DNA from: Thermoplasmata archaeon
GTDB taxonomy: Archaea; Thermoplasmatota; Thermoplasmata; UBA10834
DNA: 64,000 bases
Direction of reading: 5' to 3'
Assembly (NCBI GenBank): GCA_020696365.1
Contig: JAEHCM010000001.1
Coordinates: 166,987 to 230,986 of the forward strand
The translations under genes and the position numbers were made by a program. The notes beneath the pieces are model-generated. The model made no database searches. It had not been told where the DNA came from and saw nothing but the letters and a program-made list of their open reading frames with translations. Below, piece after piece: positions 9,507 through 19,411 of the stretch. Numbering within the stretch: position 1 is the first letter of the stretch; each line of letters opens with the position of its first letter.

Positions 9507-10262
9507 GTGCTCCGGATAGTGTCCGATACCATGGGCGTCATCGAGACGAAGGATGTGATGAAGGATTTTGGCGCGGTCAGAGCCCTCGACCGTGTGTCCA
9601 TAGATGTGCAGGCCGGGGATTTCTTCGGGTTCTTCGGCCCGAACGGTGCAGGCAAGACGACTCTGTTGAGGATACTGACTGGCCAGCTCGAGGCGACCTC
9701 GGGCAGCGTATCCGTGCTTGGCGTTGACGCTTTGAAGAATCCGATCAGGGTGAAGGAGTTGGTGGGAATCGTGCCAGAGGTCGAAAGCCCCCCGACATAT
9801 CTTACAGGGTACGAGTACCTGTACTTCGTAGGAAAAGTGCGGAAGTTGGACAAGCTTGAGGACCGGATAGATAGGTGGCTGACGTTCTTCGACCTCGACA
9901 CCAAGAAAGGGGTCATCTGTAAGGACCTGTCGAAGGGCATGAGACAGAAGCTGATGATCGCGTCCGCATTCATGCACGATCCCAAGCTGGCGTTCCTGGA
10001 CGAACCGTTCATCAACCTCGACCCTATCTATCAGAAGCTGCTCAGGGAGTTTCTGCAGGAATACGTCTCGAACGGCGGGACCATCTTCATGTGTTCGCAC
10101 ATTCTGGAGATATCGGAGAAGCTCTGCAATAGGATGGCCATTGTCGACTCCGGAAAGGTCGTCGTGCAAGGGAGCAAGGACGACCTCGTCGGCAAGGGCG
10201 AGAGTCTCGAGGAGTTCTTCCTGAGAACGATAGGAGGGAACCGGAAACGCGCACTCTCCTGA
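9507..10262 (+). CDS. ABC transporter ATP-binding protein
   Basis: Walker A GPNGAGKTT, signature LSKGMRQKL, Walker B LAFLDEP. The start may be the internal Met at 9531. Confidence 0.85.
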   Translation: MLRIVSDTMGVIETKDVMKDFGAVRALDRVSIDVQAGDFFGFFGPNGAGKTTLLRILTGQLEATSGSVSVLGVDALKNPIRVKELVGIVPEVESPPTYLTGYEYLYFVGKVRKLDKLEDRIDRWLTFFDLDTKKGVICKDLSKGMRQKLMIASAFMHDPKLAFLDEPFINLDPIYQKLLREFLQEYVSNGGTIFMCSHILEISEKLCNRMAIVDSGKVVVQGSKDDLVGKGESLEEFFLRTIGGNRKRALS

Positions 10263-10267
10263 GCCTG

Positions 10268-11716
10268 ATGCTGCGAGAGGAGTTTCGGAGCCATGCGACA
10301 TACTCCGGGACAGAGCGGTTCTTGTCGTTCCCATTCTTCGTGTTCTTCATATCTGCGACGATTGGCCTGACTCTGAACAGGATATCCGAGACGGTGTCCC
10401 TGGAAGAACTCGCTACCTTCGCACACCTCTCCGCCTTCATCTATGGCCTGAGCGTGGGTGCGTTCGGGCTCATGGGTAGACAATACCTTGAGAGGCGATA
10501 CGGCAGGAGCAACTACCTAGTGGCGATGCCGTTCCTGCTGCCCATGTCGTTCAGGAAGACATTCCTGGGCATATATCTGAGAGACGCGGTGTTCTATGTC
10601 GTTCTCCTGCTCGTCCCTGCCACCCTGGGAATCGCAGCGGTCGCCCCTGTGATGGGGTTCTCTCTTGTGAGCATAGGGTTGTTCTTCGTCGCAGTCCTGG
10701 CGACGTTCATGGTGGGCCTTTCACTCAGCTTCTTGGCGTCGGTGCTGTTCATACGGAGCACCCCGGTCTTCCTGGCGCTTACTGCTTTCGTCGCATCGGT
10801 TTTCGTACTCCATCTGGCCACCGGAAGCCCGGCTTTGAACGAGATCCTCCTGTCTGTGGAGTTCCAGATGAACGTCCGACCTCTTGGAGCGGATACCGAG
10901 GCCGCCGTCGTCAGCTTCGCCTTGTCCGCGGCGATGGCCCTGGCTATGACCATCGGAGCATGCGTACTCGTGACTGTTCGGCTGGAATCGTCGAGCCAGA
11001 TGTACCCGAGCGTACTTCCCTCGTATCACGAACGGCTCCCGATCGCACGCGGCCTCAACCGTACGTTGATATCGAAGGAACTAGTGGATCTCAGGAGGAG
11101 TGGCACGGTTGCGAAGATGTTCTTCTCACTGGTCCTGCCGCTGTTGTTCCTCGCATTCGCGGCTTGGTTCGTCAATCACGGTCTCGCCATACCGGTCGGC
11201 TTCAACACGGTCTTCTACGCGGCAATGGTCGGGTTCGTAGGGATACTGATGTACAACTGGCTGAACAACATCGACCTCTCAGAATACTACTCCCTGATAC
11301 CCGTTACCGTACCACAGCTCATAAGGGTACGGGTCGCCGTGTTTCTCATGCTCACCCTAGGGATATCTGCCTTCTTCGTCATCGGGATATCGATTATCAA
11401 CGGCGATACGGAGCTTCTTTGGCTGGCGCTTATCGTCATGTTCGTCACGTCGCTGTACATGGCCGCGTTGACGGCCTATCTCACGGGCTTGAAAACGAAC
11501 ACGTTCCTCTTCGACACCAGCATCCTCGCGAAGTTCAGCATCATGTCGTTCCTGCCGGACGTCTGCCTCACGATACTCTCGTTCAGCCTCCTCTCCAACT
11601 GGGTCGCGGCGTCCTCCGGGATATCTCTGGTCCTGTTCTCGATGCTCTTCACAACATGGATCCTCTATCGGGGAATCGAATCGAGATGGCGAACGACCTC
11701 GTTCGCGGCCGGGTGA
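10268..11716 (+). CDS. ABC transporter permease (ABC-2-like polytopic membrane protein)
   Basis: 482 aa with about 12 hydrophobic segments. Starts 6 nt after the ATPase gene. Confidence 0.6.
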   Translation: MLREEFRSHATYSGTERFLSFPFFVFFISATIGLTLNRISETVSLEELATFAHLSAFIYGLSVGAFGLMGRQYLERRYGRSNYLVAMPFLLPMSFRKTFLGIYLRDAVFYVVLLLVPATLGIAAVAPVMGFSLVSIGLFFVAVLATFMVGLSLSFLASVLFIRSTPVFLALTAFVASVFVLHLATGSPALNEILLSVEFQMNVRPLGADTEAAVVSFALSAAMALAMTIGACVLVTVRLESSSQMYPSVLPSYHERLPIARGLNRTLISKELVDLRRSGTVAKMFFSLVLPLLFLAFAAWFVNHGLAIPVGFNTVFYAAMVGFVGILMYNWLNNIDLSEYYSLIPVTVPQLIRVRVAVFLMLTLGISAFFVIGISIINGDTELLWLALIVMFVTSLYMAALTAYLTGLKTNTFLFDTSILAKFSIMSFLPDVCLTILSFSLLSNWVAASSGISLVLFSMLFTTWILYRGIESRWRTTSFAAG

Positions 11717-11741
11717 TGGAGATAAAAGGAGGTGTTCAACT

Positions 11742-12314
11742 GTGGATAGGCCGGTCTTGACAAGGCGGTTAGTACATTCCCTACTCGCGGTCGCACCAGT
11801 GTATTATCTCATCCCTGTCGATCTGCCAGTGTCGCCTCTGAAGAGATGGCATCTTCTCATCATCTTCTTCGTGGCAGTCGCCCTGTTCGAGTCCGTGAGG
11901 CTCTGGAAAGGGGTCACCTTCTTCGGCTTTCGCCCTCATGAGAGGAACTCGATCGCGTCATACGCCTGGGCCGTCGCCGGGATAACGCTCGCCCTGTGGT
12001 TGATGCCGTGGGAGGTCGCCACCCCTGTCCTGGTAGGCATGGGACTCGTAGACCCTCTCGCTGGGGAGCTGAGGCGCGTGAAACCCGCCAGATGGCTTCA
12101 GATACTGCCACCGCTCGCAGCGTACGTCGCCATCTGCATGATTGCTTTTGTGACGCTCACCGACGCACCAATCCCGGAGCTGGTCGCCATCTCATGTCTG
12201 GGTGCAGTCCTGGCCGTGGTGGCGGAGAGGCGGAGGATTCCCTACGTGGATGACGATTTCCTCATGATAATCGTCCCTGGCATCGTGATGAGCCTGCTAT
12301 GGTTGGCTTTGTAG
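11742..12314 (+). CDS. small polytopic membrane protein (possible CTP-dependent polyprenol/dolichol kinase-like family)
   Basis: 190 aa with 5-6 TM helices. TAG stop. Family assignment is weak. Confidence 0.35.
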   Translation: MDRPVLTRRLVHSLLAVAPVYYLIPVDLPVSPLKRWHLLIIFFVAVALFESVRLWKGVTFFGFRPHERNSIASYAWAVAGITLALWLMPWEVATPVLVGMGLVDPLAGELRRVKPARWLQILPPLAAYVAICMIAFVTLTDAPIPELVAISCLGAVLAVVAERRRIPYVDDDFLMIIVPGIVMSLLWLAL

Positions 12315-12343
12315 AACCTGCGCCAGACCATCGGAGGCTGCGG

Positions 12344-12667
12344 TCACTCGTCGAGTATGTCTAGCTTCCCGAACTTGCCCGTGCTCACCTGGAGTTGATT
12401 CTTGAACGATGACACCCAGCCGTTAGTTATCTTTATCTTCGCGTCGATCTCCACTTTGTCGATGTCCTCGTTCCAGAGGGTGAGGTTTACACTCTCTCCC
12501 TCGTCGTCCTTTCCGACCGCGTCACATACCCGGCCTGAAGCGTCCGACCACTTCGACTGGAACTCCCTCGGCTCGCTCTTTTCCACTACGGTGAGGACGA
12601 TCTCCTCGACTTTGGACCGGTCCTTTAGATCCTTGGCCATCATGTTGTTCGCCTGCGAGCGCCCCAA
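12344..12667 (-). CDS. OB-fold nucleic-acid-binding protein (SSB/RPA-like, hypothetical)
   Basis: 107 aa with OB-fold-like alternating beta pattern (VNLTLWNEDIDKVEIDAKIKITNGWV); assignment by sequence pattern only. Confidence 0.4.
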   Translation of the reverse strand: MGRSQANNMMAKDLKDRSKVEEIVLTVVEKSEPREFQSKWSDASGRVCDAVGKDDEGESVNLTLWNEDIDKVEIDAKIKITNGWVSSFKNQLQVSTGKFGKLDILDE

Positions 12668-12828
12668 GGAACTCCTCCCTCTAAAATACCTTTCCCCGGT
12701 TCGAACACCCCTCGAACGATGTCGAACTGCGAAGCACGACTGTGATTTTCGTACCGAGCCAGACGATTCTCACGACTTGATGTCATTCCAATTAGTCTTA
12801 TATTCTCGCACTCAGATAGGGGCCGTCC

Positions 12829-13329
12829 ATGGCTAGGATCAAGGTCATAACCGAACCGGCAGAGCTTGTGCCTATGTTCCGGGCGGTTGATACGAAGATT
12901 AAAAGGGCGGTCTTGAAACTGGTCACCCTCGAATGGCATACGATGCGAGACATCGAGAAACAGTTCGGTTCCGAGGGGAAGGAGGCTCTTACATTCTTCG
13001 AGAAGATGAAGCTGGTGGAGACCAGATGGCAGACATCCGCAGAGCTCCAGCAGCCGGAGAAGGCATATCACACCTACTACACTTCGTTCCATATCAACGC
13101 GTCTTGGCCCGTGTATGAGATCAGCGACGTCCTCGCCGCGGCCGTCATGCCTGAGAAGGAGTTCTCGAAGATCGAGAAGCAGATCTACGAGCTGGTAGGC
13201 CCCACCGGGAAGTTCGCAGGCGATGTGGCCGAAGTACTGGGAGCTACGTTCACGATGCTGAAGAGCCTCGTCAAGAGGAGCACGAAGCTCGACTACCGTG
13301 GCCATAGGGTCGAACGTATGAAGGAATGA
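12829..13329 (+). CDS. hypothetical protein (possible wHTH regulator)
   Basis: 166-aa ORF with coding-like composition and no recognisable catalytic motif. Confidence 0.35.
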   Translation: MARIKVITEPAELVPMFRAVDTKIKRAVLKLVTLEWHTMRDIEKQFGSEGKEALTFFEKMKLVETRWQTSAELQQPEKAYHTYYTSFHINASWPVYEISDVLAAAVMPEKEFSKIEKQIYELVGPTGKFAGDVAEVLGATFTMLKSLVKRSTKLDYRGHRVERMKE

Positions 13330-13353
13330 CCTCATGGTGCCGGTGATCCATGC

Positions 13354-13878
13354 ATGATTGTGGTGTTGAGGCTCGGTCATCGGCCGTCGAGAGATAAGCG
13401 TGTCACTACGCATGTGGCGCTGACTGCGCGCGCGTTCGGCGCGGCCGAGGTGTGGGTTTCGACCAAGGACGCCGAGCTGGAGAAGACGATCAACTCCGTT
13501 GTATCACGATTCGGGGGCGAGTTCGCGATACGCACCGGAATAAAATGGCGTGACGCGATGAGGTCGTGGAAAGGCAAGACAGTTCACCTGACGATGTACG
13601 GTGAGCGCATGGATGAGGTGATGCGGTCGCTGAACCCCTTGTCCGATCTGCTTATTGTGGTGGGCGCGGAGAAGGTTCCGAGGGACGCATACAACCTCGC
13701 GGATTGGAATGTATCCGTCGGCAACCAGCCTCACTCGGAGATCGCCGCATTGGCGGTATTCATGGACCGTCTCACCGGAGGCGACAGTCTGTATGCGGAG
13801 ATCGACGGTCGAATCAAGGTCGTTCCGAACCCCAGGGGGAAGACAGTCATTGACTCAGAGAAAGGGCAGGACGGATGA
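13354..13878 (+). CDS. tRNA (cytidine56-2'-O)-methyltransferase aTrm56 (SPOUT family)
   Basis: N-terminal MIVVLRLGHRPSRDKRVTTHVALTARAFGA is the hallmark of archaeal aTrm56; length about 170 aa. Confidence 0.8.
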   Translation: MIVVLRLGHRPSRDKRVTTHVALTARAFGAAEVWVSTKDAELEKTINSVVSRFGGEFAIRTGIKWRDAMRSWKGKTVHLTMYGERMDEVMRSLNPLSDLLIVVGAEKVPRDAYNLADWNVSVGNQPHSEIAALAVFMDRLTGGDSLYAEIDGRIKVVPNPRGKTVIDSEKGQDG

Positions 13879-14395
13879 GATCCCCAACCGCGAAGAGTGC
13901 TTAGCGATACTCAGGACGGCTGGCTGTACCGAGGAGGTCGTGGCCCATTGTGAGGCGGTGTCGCATGTTGCTGTCAAGATCGCGAGGCGATGCGGCGCTG
14001 GAGTACAGATCGTCGAAGCTGGAGCTCTTCTTCATGATATCGGAAGGTCGGTACGACATTCCATCGATCACGCGGTCCTAGGCGCCGAGTTGGCCCGGGA
14101 GCTAGCACTCGCCCCTCAGATCGTGATAATCATCGAGAGGCACATAGGAGCCGGCATCCTGAAGGGCGAAGCCGCAGCCCTCGGTCTGCCTGAGCGAGAC
14201 TACGTTCCGGAGACTCTCGAGGAGAAGATCGTTTCCCACGCCGACAATCTCATCGCAGGCGACAGGCGGGTGACTGTCAAGGAGACCGTGGCAGATCTGG
14301 TCAGGCGCGGTCTCAGGGACGCTGCCGTCAGAACGGTCAAGCTGCACGAGGAATTGTCTCAGATTGCGGGGATCGATGTGGACAGGATAATCTGA
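13850..14395 (+). CDS. HD-domain phosphohydrolase (HDIG)
   Basis: HD motifs (LLHDIGRS, HADNL) and the typical N-terminal IPNREECLAIL. No in-frame ATG precedes the domain; a TTG at 13850 overlapping the aTrm56 3' end is the best candidate start. The listed ORF opening at 13655 overlaps aTrm56 and is unlikely. Confidence 0.6.
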   Translation: MTQRKGRTDEIPNREECLAILRTAGCTEEVVAHCEAVSHVAVKIARRCGAGVQIVEAGALLHDIGRSVRHSIDHAVLGAELARELALAPQIVIIIERHIGAGILKGEAAALGLPERDYVPETLEEKIVSHADNLIAGDRRVTVKETVADLVRRGLRDAAVRTVKLHEELSQIAGIDVDRII

Positions 14396-14402
14396 TCAGA
14401 AT

Positions 14403-14915
14403 TCATGGTCGGTATCTGACGAACTCTCCCCTGATGTGCGCGTCCTTCAGCGCGGCGTATTCCTCAGCGTTTCTCTTCGCAGCGTCGCGCAACGATGGGT
14501 CGTCCCGCCTAACTATCCTAGCCGGAACCCCCAGCACAAGACTCCCTTCGGGGATCGTCATGCCTGATGTCACCAGGGCGTTAGCACCGATGATTGAACC
14601 GCTGCCGACATCCGCCTCGTCGAGGATGGACGCGTTCATGCCAACTATCACGCAGTCTCCTATGTGTGCCGCGTGGACGATCGCGCCATGGCCTATTGTG
14701 ACATTCTCACCTATGATGGTCGGTCTGCCCGGATTGCCGTGAATCTGACAATGCTCTTGAACGTTCGAACCCTTGCCGATCCTCACTTCTGAGAGGTCTG
14801 CCCTGATCACCGCGTACGGCCAGATGCTGCACCCTGGCCCGATGACTGCGTCACCGATGATAATCGCCTCCGGCGCGACATAGCAGCCGGGACCGACCGT
14901 TGGCACCTTAGACAC
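14403..14915 (-). CDS. gamma-class carbonic anhydrase-like / hexapeptide-repeat protein
   Basis: Left-handed beta-helix hexapeptide repeats with metal-ligand His residues (IHGNPG, GHGAIVH). Confidence 0.75.
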   Translation of the reverse strand: MSKVPTVGPGCYVAPEAIIIGDAVIGPGCSIWPYAVIRADLSEVRIGKGSNVQEHCQIHGNPGRPTIIGENVTIGHGAIVHAAHIGDCVIVGMNASILDEADVGSGSIIGANALVTSGMTIPEGSLVLGVPARIVRRDDPSLRDAAKRNAEEYAALKDAHIRGEFVRYRP

Positions 14916-14956
14916 ATAGCGCGAGAGGGCGGGCAGAAATAAAACCTTTACTTGTC

Positions 14957-15241
14957 CTAATCCGCGGCATTCTTCGTCTTCTTCGGTTTGCCCTTCTTAA
15001 GGGCGACCCTCTTCGGGAAGTACTTCAGGATTATCACGTCGCCTATCGAGCCAATCCATCTGTACGGAACGTTGACCGCCTTCGAATTCTCGACAAGCAT
15101 CGGGTTCGTGTTGCTTATGAATAGTCCTTGGACCTTGTTCTCATCTACTTCCACGACTAGGTTTGAAACGCTTCCCAAGTATATCGCTTGGTTAGTGTAA
15201 ACCTGCAGACCGATCATTTCAGAAGCTTCCTCGAGCATCAT
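14957..15241 (-). CDS. PRC-barrel domain protein
   Basis: 94 aa; PRC-barrel-like core (LQVYTNQAIYLGSVSNLVVE...) followed by a Lys-rich tail. TAG stop. Confidence 0.5.
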   Translation of the reverse strand: MMLEEASEMIGLQVYTNQAIYLGSVSNLVVEVDENKVQGLFISNTNPMLVENSKAVNVPYRWIGSIGDVIILKYFPKRVALKKGKPKKTKNAAD

Positions 15242-15416
15242 GCATCCCTACCGACCGTATCGTCCTTGAATCTTTAAATAGTTTCTCTTTGCCAGTATCT
15301 TCGTGCACGCGCGCTCAGGAGCGCGTGACAGGGCCGTTCTGTTTCGCCGTTACAGTTATGTACGGCGTGCCCAATTCGTTATTGCACAGAGGTCGCACAA
15401 TCGTGCAAACACGGTG

Positions 15417-15830
15417 ATGCTGATGTCATCCGAAGTTGAAGAGATAAGGCGAAGGAAACTCGAGGAGATGCAGACGAGAGCTACGCAGGGTGGGGATGGG
15501 TTCCCCGACTCGCCGATCGTCGTCACAGATTCGAGTTTCGAGGAGTTCATAGGAAAACACGACACGGTCGTGGTCGACTGCTGGGCGCCGTGGTGCGCCC
15601 CTTGTCGTATGTTGTCGCCGACGATAGATGCCATGGCCAAGGACTACAAGGGCAAGGTTATCTTCGGCAAGCTCAACACCGATGAGAACTTCGAGACAGC
15701 CTCGAAGTTCGGGATCATGAGCATTCCAACTCTGCTCTACTTCAGGAAGGGAGAGCTCGTTCAAAAGACAGTGGGCGCTCTCTCGCGGTCAATAATCGAT
15801 GAGCAGCTGAAAGCCCTGGGTTCACGATGA
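15417..15830 (+). CDS. trx: thioredoxin
   Basis: WCAPC active site (CWAPWCAPCRML) in a thioredoxin fold of about 137 aa starting from the internal ATG at 15417. Confidence 0.85.
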   Translation: MLMSSEVEEIRRRKLEEMQTRATQGGDGFPDSPIVVTDSSFEEFIGKHDTVVVDCWAPWCAPCRMLSPTIDAMAKDYKGKVIFGKLNTDENFETASKFGIMSIPTLLYFRKGELVQKTVGALSRSIIDEQLKALGSR

Positions 15831-15955
15831 TGTGAGCGCTCCCCCCTCTCACCCCCCTTTTCTTTCTCGTTCCGTCAGCAGTCGCCATCGACTCTCTGCT
15901 TCTGAGATGGAACTCATGAATCGACTCTGACTTGAGTGGCGAGAGAGCAGTTCTT

Positions 15956-16540
15956 CTAGATTCCCGATTTCCTTGCGGCCAGACGTATCGCCTCGGTGAC
16001 GCTGTCCCTGGGCAGTATGGTAGCAATCGGGATGTCTACGACCTTCTCTACCGTCGAGCTGACTATCGGTGCGCAGACGATGGCCGTCGCGCCGTCTCTC
16101 TCTGCTCTAACAGATGCTACAATCGCATCTTCAACCGTTGTAGCGGGGTATTCTCTCGTGCGCAACTCTCTGCCTTCTATGCTTACGGATCTCTCGACCA
16201 CCTCATCGAGAACGTGTCTCGCTGCGATGACTGCGATGAAGTTCCCTTCCTTCCTTCCCTCGAGCTCCCTGACCGACAAGAGGATTTTCCTCAGAATGTC
16301 AAGACTGGGCGATCGTTCCCCGTTGACTATCTTGTATAGCGTGCTGGATGATATGCCCGCTCTTTCGGCGAGTTCTTTCGTTGTGATTTCGAGGGAAGCG
16401 AATGTCTCTCGAAGCGTCTGCTTGAAAGCCTCGTCTGATTCCGCTGCAGCTCTCAGCAATTTGCCGTATTTGTCCACAGAATTGACCTCATTAGGCAAAT
16501 CAATGAGCGAATATTTATACAATTGTGCTATTTTAGGCAC
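15956..16540 (-). CDS. HTH-type transcriptional regulator with C-terminal regulatory domain
   Basis: Central XRE-like HTH (TTKELAERAGISSSTLYKIVNGERSPSLDIL) plus a flanking alpha/beta domain. TAG stop. Confidence 0.5.
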   Translation of the reverse strand: MPKIAQLYKYSLIDLPNEVNSVDKYGKLLRAAAESDEAFKQTLRETFASLEITTKELAERAGISSSTLYKIVNGERSPSLDILRKILLSVRELEGRKEGNFIAVIAARHVLDEVVERSVSIEGRELRTREYPATTVEDAIVASVRAERDGATAIVCAPIVSSTVEKVVDIPIATILPRDSVTEAIRLAARKSGI

Positions 16541-16598
16541 AGTATTGTGACAAGACTTATTAGGGGTCCGTAGTTAAGGAGAGCGCAGGGCTGAGACG

Positions 16599-17726
16599 AT
16601 GGAGAAGATGACTTCAATCATTGCGGTTGTGGTTGCAGCGGCGATCGTTCTTGCAGGGACTGCGCTCTACGTGCTGTACGACCTCGGCGACGACGATGGC
16701 GACGGAAATACCGTATACTATGTCGTAGAGCCTCCCTCGAGCATGAAGGGGACGCTCGCAGCCGGCCAGATCGACGGATATATCGCATGGGAACCATTCG
16801 TCTCAGATTCTGTGGTCGGCGGCGTGGGGACGGTTCTGAAGTGGTCCGGCGAGATAGTGCCGAACCACCCGTGCTGTGTGGTAGCCGTCCACGATCCGTT
16901 CATCTCAGACGACGAAGGGCAGGAGCTAGCCGCTCGTTTTCTCAAGGCCCACATGAACGCGACGGATTGGATTAATGCGGCCATGGAGAACAAGGCCAGT
17001 CCTGAGTACAATCTTCTGAAGGAAATCGCCGTCGATTTCACGATGAGGAATGAGTCCGTCGTTGAGGAAGCGCTCGACCATATGACGTTCCACTACGCTA
17101 CAGACGACGATTTCACCGTCGCACTCGAGAACTTCACCGAAATGTACCTCGACCTTGGCGTAATCGGAGAGGAGAAGATTGCCGATGGCGGCTATGAGAA
17201 CGTTACCGATTTCGTCGACCAGTACGTGAATGGCAGCTATCTGGAAATTGCCCAGTTCGTGGAGCCCGTTGACACAATACTCAACCCTGATTCCCCGATA
17301 AGGCTGGGTTTCCTGAGCGGCGATTTGCATCAACTGGCCCAGGCCGTAGCGAAGAGCAGTGAGGTTCTTGGCAATGGAAAGAGCATCTTCGAGAATTACG
17401 GCCTGAATGTCGACGACGCGATCGGCGCCCCGTTTGCGAACGGCGGTGCCGTGATGGACGCCTTCGCCGGGGGATACGTCGACATTGGCTACCTCGGGAG
17501 TCCGCCCGCCATCCTCAAGCATCTGAACGCCGAGGTAGACACGACAATACTCGCTCAGGTGAACATCGAGGGGAGCGCGATTGTCGTGAAGACCGGGTCT
17601 GGTATCGATAATCTCAATGGACTTGTCGGCAAGGTAGTCGCCACGCCCGGGGAGAGCTCGATACAGTTCCTCCTTCTGAAGATTGTGCTTCAGCAGGAGG
17701 GGTTGTCGCTCAAGATCCGGACTTGA
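16599..17726 (+). CDS. NMT1/THI5-like (NitT/TauT family) ABC substrate-binding protein, apparently circularly permuted
   Basis: N-terminal TM/signal segment. The first half resembles the C-terminal lobe of NMT1-type binding proteins (GYIAWEPFVSD); the second half resembles the N-terminal lobe (IRLGFLSGDLHQLAQ...GKVVATPGESS). Confidence 0.55.
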   Translation: MEKMTSIIAVVVAAAIVLAGTALYVLYDLGDDDGDGNTVYYVVEPPSSMKGTLAAGQIDGYIAWEPFVSDSVVGGVGTVLKWSGEIVPNHPCCVVAVHDPFISDDEGQELAARFLKAHMNATDWINAAMENKASPEYNLLKEIAVDFTMRNESVVEEALDHMTFHYATDDDFTVALENFTEMYLDLGVIGEEKIADGGYENVTDFVDQYVNGSYLEIAQFVEPVDTILNPDSPIRLGFLSGDLHQLAQAVAKSSEVLGNGKSIFENYGLNVDDAIGAPFANGGAVMDAFAGGYVDIGYLGSPPAILKHLNAEVDTTILAQVNIEGSAIVVKTGSGIDNLNGLVGKVVATPGESSIQFLLLKIVLQQEGLSLKIRT

Positions 17727-17781
17727 TGCGGACCCCCAAATCTATAGTCATCTCCCGCTCAATCATATCAGAGGGATAGGC

Positions 17782-18603
17782 ATGAAATCGCTCGCTCAAT
17801 TCATCAGGGGAACAGTACAAAGGAACTGGAGGCGTGTTCTCCTTGGGGCCCTGTCTTTAGTCGTGTTCTTCGGTGCCTGGCAGACTTATTCCTGGTACCT
17901 CAACGCGAACGATATCGGATACAAGGCGTACTTCCCGTACCCAGGCGAAGTGGCAGAGGCGTTCTTGGATTCGTTCGTGACTCCGGACTTCTCTGGCCTA
18001 CTGATGACGGATCACATCATGGCGAGCCTGAAAAGGATTTTCCTCGGTTTCACCCTCGCGTTCGCAATCGCCTTACCGGCAGGCCTGTTGATAGGAAGCT
18101 ATCTCACCGCGGAGGCCGTTGGCATGCCCATCGTCGAGATATTCAGACCAATCCCCCCGCTGGCATGGATTCCGATAGTCCTCATCGTCTTGGGCCATCT
18201 CTCGGGCCCAGTGGTGATTGTTTTTCTAGGCATCTTCTTCCCGGTGCTATTCAACGTGATTCTGGGCGTGAAGCGTGTGGATCCGCTGCTCCTCGACGCA
18301 GCGAAAACCCTTGGGGCTAAGAGGAACCACATCTTCTTCAAGGTCATATTACCGTTCACGACGCCCTATCTGATGACCGGGATCAAGGTGGGCTTGGGTA
18401 TCGGTTGGATGTGTATCGTTGCCGCGGAGATGGTCGGACAGTACGGTGGCGGTGTTGGGTACTATATCTGGGCGCGAACCGCGGAGAGCAATTACGACTA
18501 CGTCTTCGCAGGCATCGCGATGATTGCGATTCTCGGGATACTCACCACGGGCGTAGCGAGCCAGGTCGAGAGGAGGTTGTACAGATGGATGGGGATGAAG
18601 TAA
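17782..18603 (+). CDS. ABC transporter permease (NitT/TauT family)
   Basis: Six TM segments with the binding-protein-dependent permease EAA-like loop (LDAAKTLGAKRNHIFFKVILP). The start is the internal Met at 17782 with a GAGGGA Shine-Dalgarno upstream. Confidence 0.75.
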   Translation: MKSLAQFIRGTVQRNWRRVLLGALSLVVFFGAWQTYSWYLNANDIGYKAYFPYPGEVAEAFLDSFVTPDFSGLLMTDHIMASLKRIFLGFTLAFAIALPAGLLIGSYLTAEAVGMPIVEIFRPIPPLAWIPIVLIVLGHLSGPVVIVFLGIFFPVLFNVILGVKRVDPLLLDAAKTLGAKRNHIFFKVILPFTTPYLMTGIKVGLGIGWMCIVAAEMVGQYGGGVGYYIWARTAESNYDYVFAGIAMIAILGILTTGVASQVERRLYRWMGMK

Positions 18604-19379
18604 ATATCCAGATGGAAGGTCTCCTCAAGGTGTTCAGAAAGGACGACCGGGAGATCGTCGCACTGAAAGATTTCAATCTTCAAGTGGACGATGGCGAGCT
18701 CGTCTGTCTTCTCGGTCCATCGGGCTGTGGCAAGACTACAGTGCTGAGAATTGTAGCGGGGCTTGAGCCGAAGAGCGGAGGGCGCGTATCCGTAAGTGGT
18801 GAGGAGGTCTCCGGTGCGGGACCGAACAGAGGGGTCGTCTTCCAAGAGTTCGCGCTCTTCCCGTGGCGAACCGTCAGAAAGAACATAGAATTCGGCCTTG
18901 AAGTGAAGGGGATTCCTCCCTGCGAAAAGGAGGCAGTATCGTCAAGATATATCGACCTGGTAAACCTCGAAGGGTTTGAAAACGTCCATCCCCAACAGTT
19001 GTCTGGTGGGATGAAGCAGCGTGTCGGGATAGCCCGTGCATTGGCGAACGACCCCGCTGTCTTGCTCATGGACGAGCCGTTCGGTGCGCTTGACGCGCAA
19101 ACGAGGAACCTGATGCAGAAGGAGCTGTTGAGGATTTGGTCCGCCACCGAGAAGACAATTCTGTTCGTCACCCACTCCGTCGACGAGGCGGTTTTCCTCG
19201 CCGACAGGATCGTCGTGATGACCGCCCGCCCGGGCAAGGTGAAGGAGATCATACCAATACCTATCCCACGCCCTCGCGACCGGACATCCCCGGAGTTCAT
19301 TTCCGTCAGAGGCGAGGTACTATCCGTTCTGGAGACGGAGTTTGAGAAGACCATGGCCCAGGAATTGTCAGGTGACTGA
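18585..19379 (+). CDS. ABC transporter ATP-binding protein (NitT/TauT family)
   Basis: Walker A GPSGCGKTT, signature LSGGMKQRV, Walker B LLMDEPF. The start overlaps the permease 3' end. Confidence 0.85.
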   Translation: MDGDEVNIQMEGLLKVFRKDDREIVALKDFNLQVDDGELVCLLGPSGCGKTTVLRIVAGLEPKSGGRVSVSGEEVSGAGPNRGVVFQEFALFPWRTVRKNIEFGLEVKGIPPCEKEAVSSRYIDLVNLEGFENVHPQQLSGGMKQRVGIARALANDPAVLLMDEPFGALDAQTRNLMQKELLRIWSATEKTILFVTHSVDEAVFLADRIVVMTARPGKVKEIIPIPIPRPRDRTSPEFISVRGEVLSVLETEFEKTMAQELSGD

Positions 19380-19411
19380 TTACATGACAAGGCTTAATTC
19401 TTAAAGACTCG

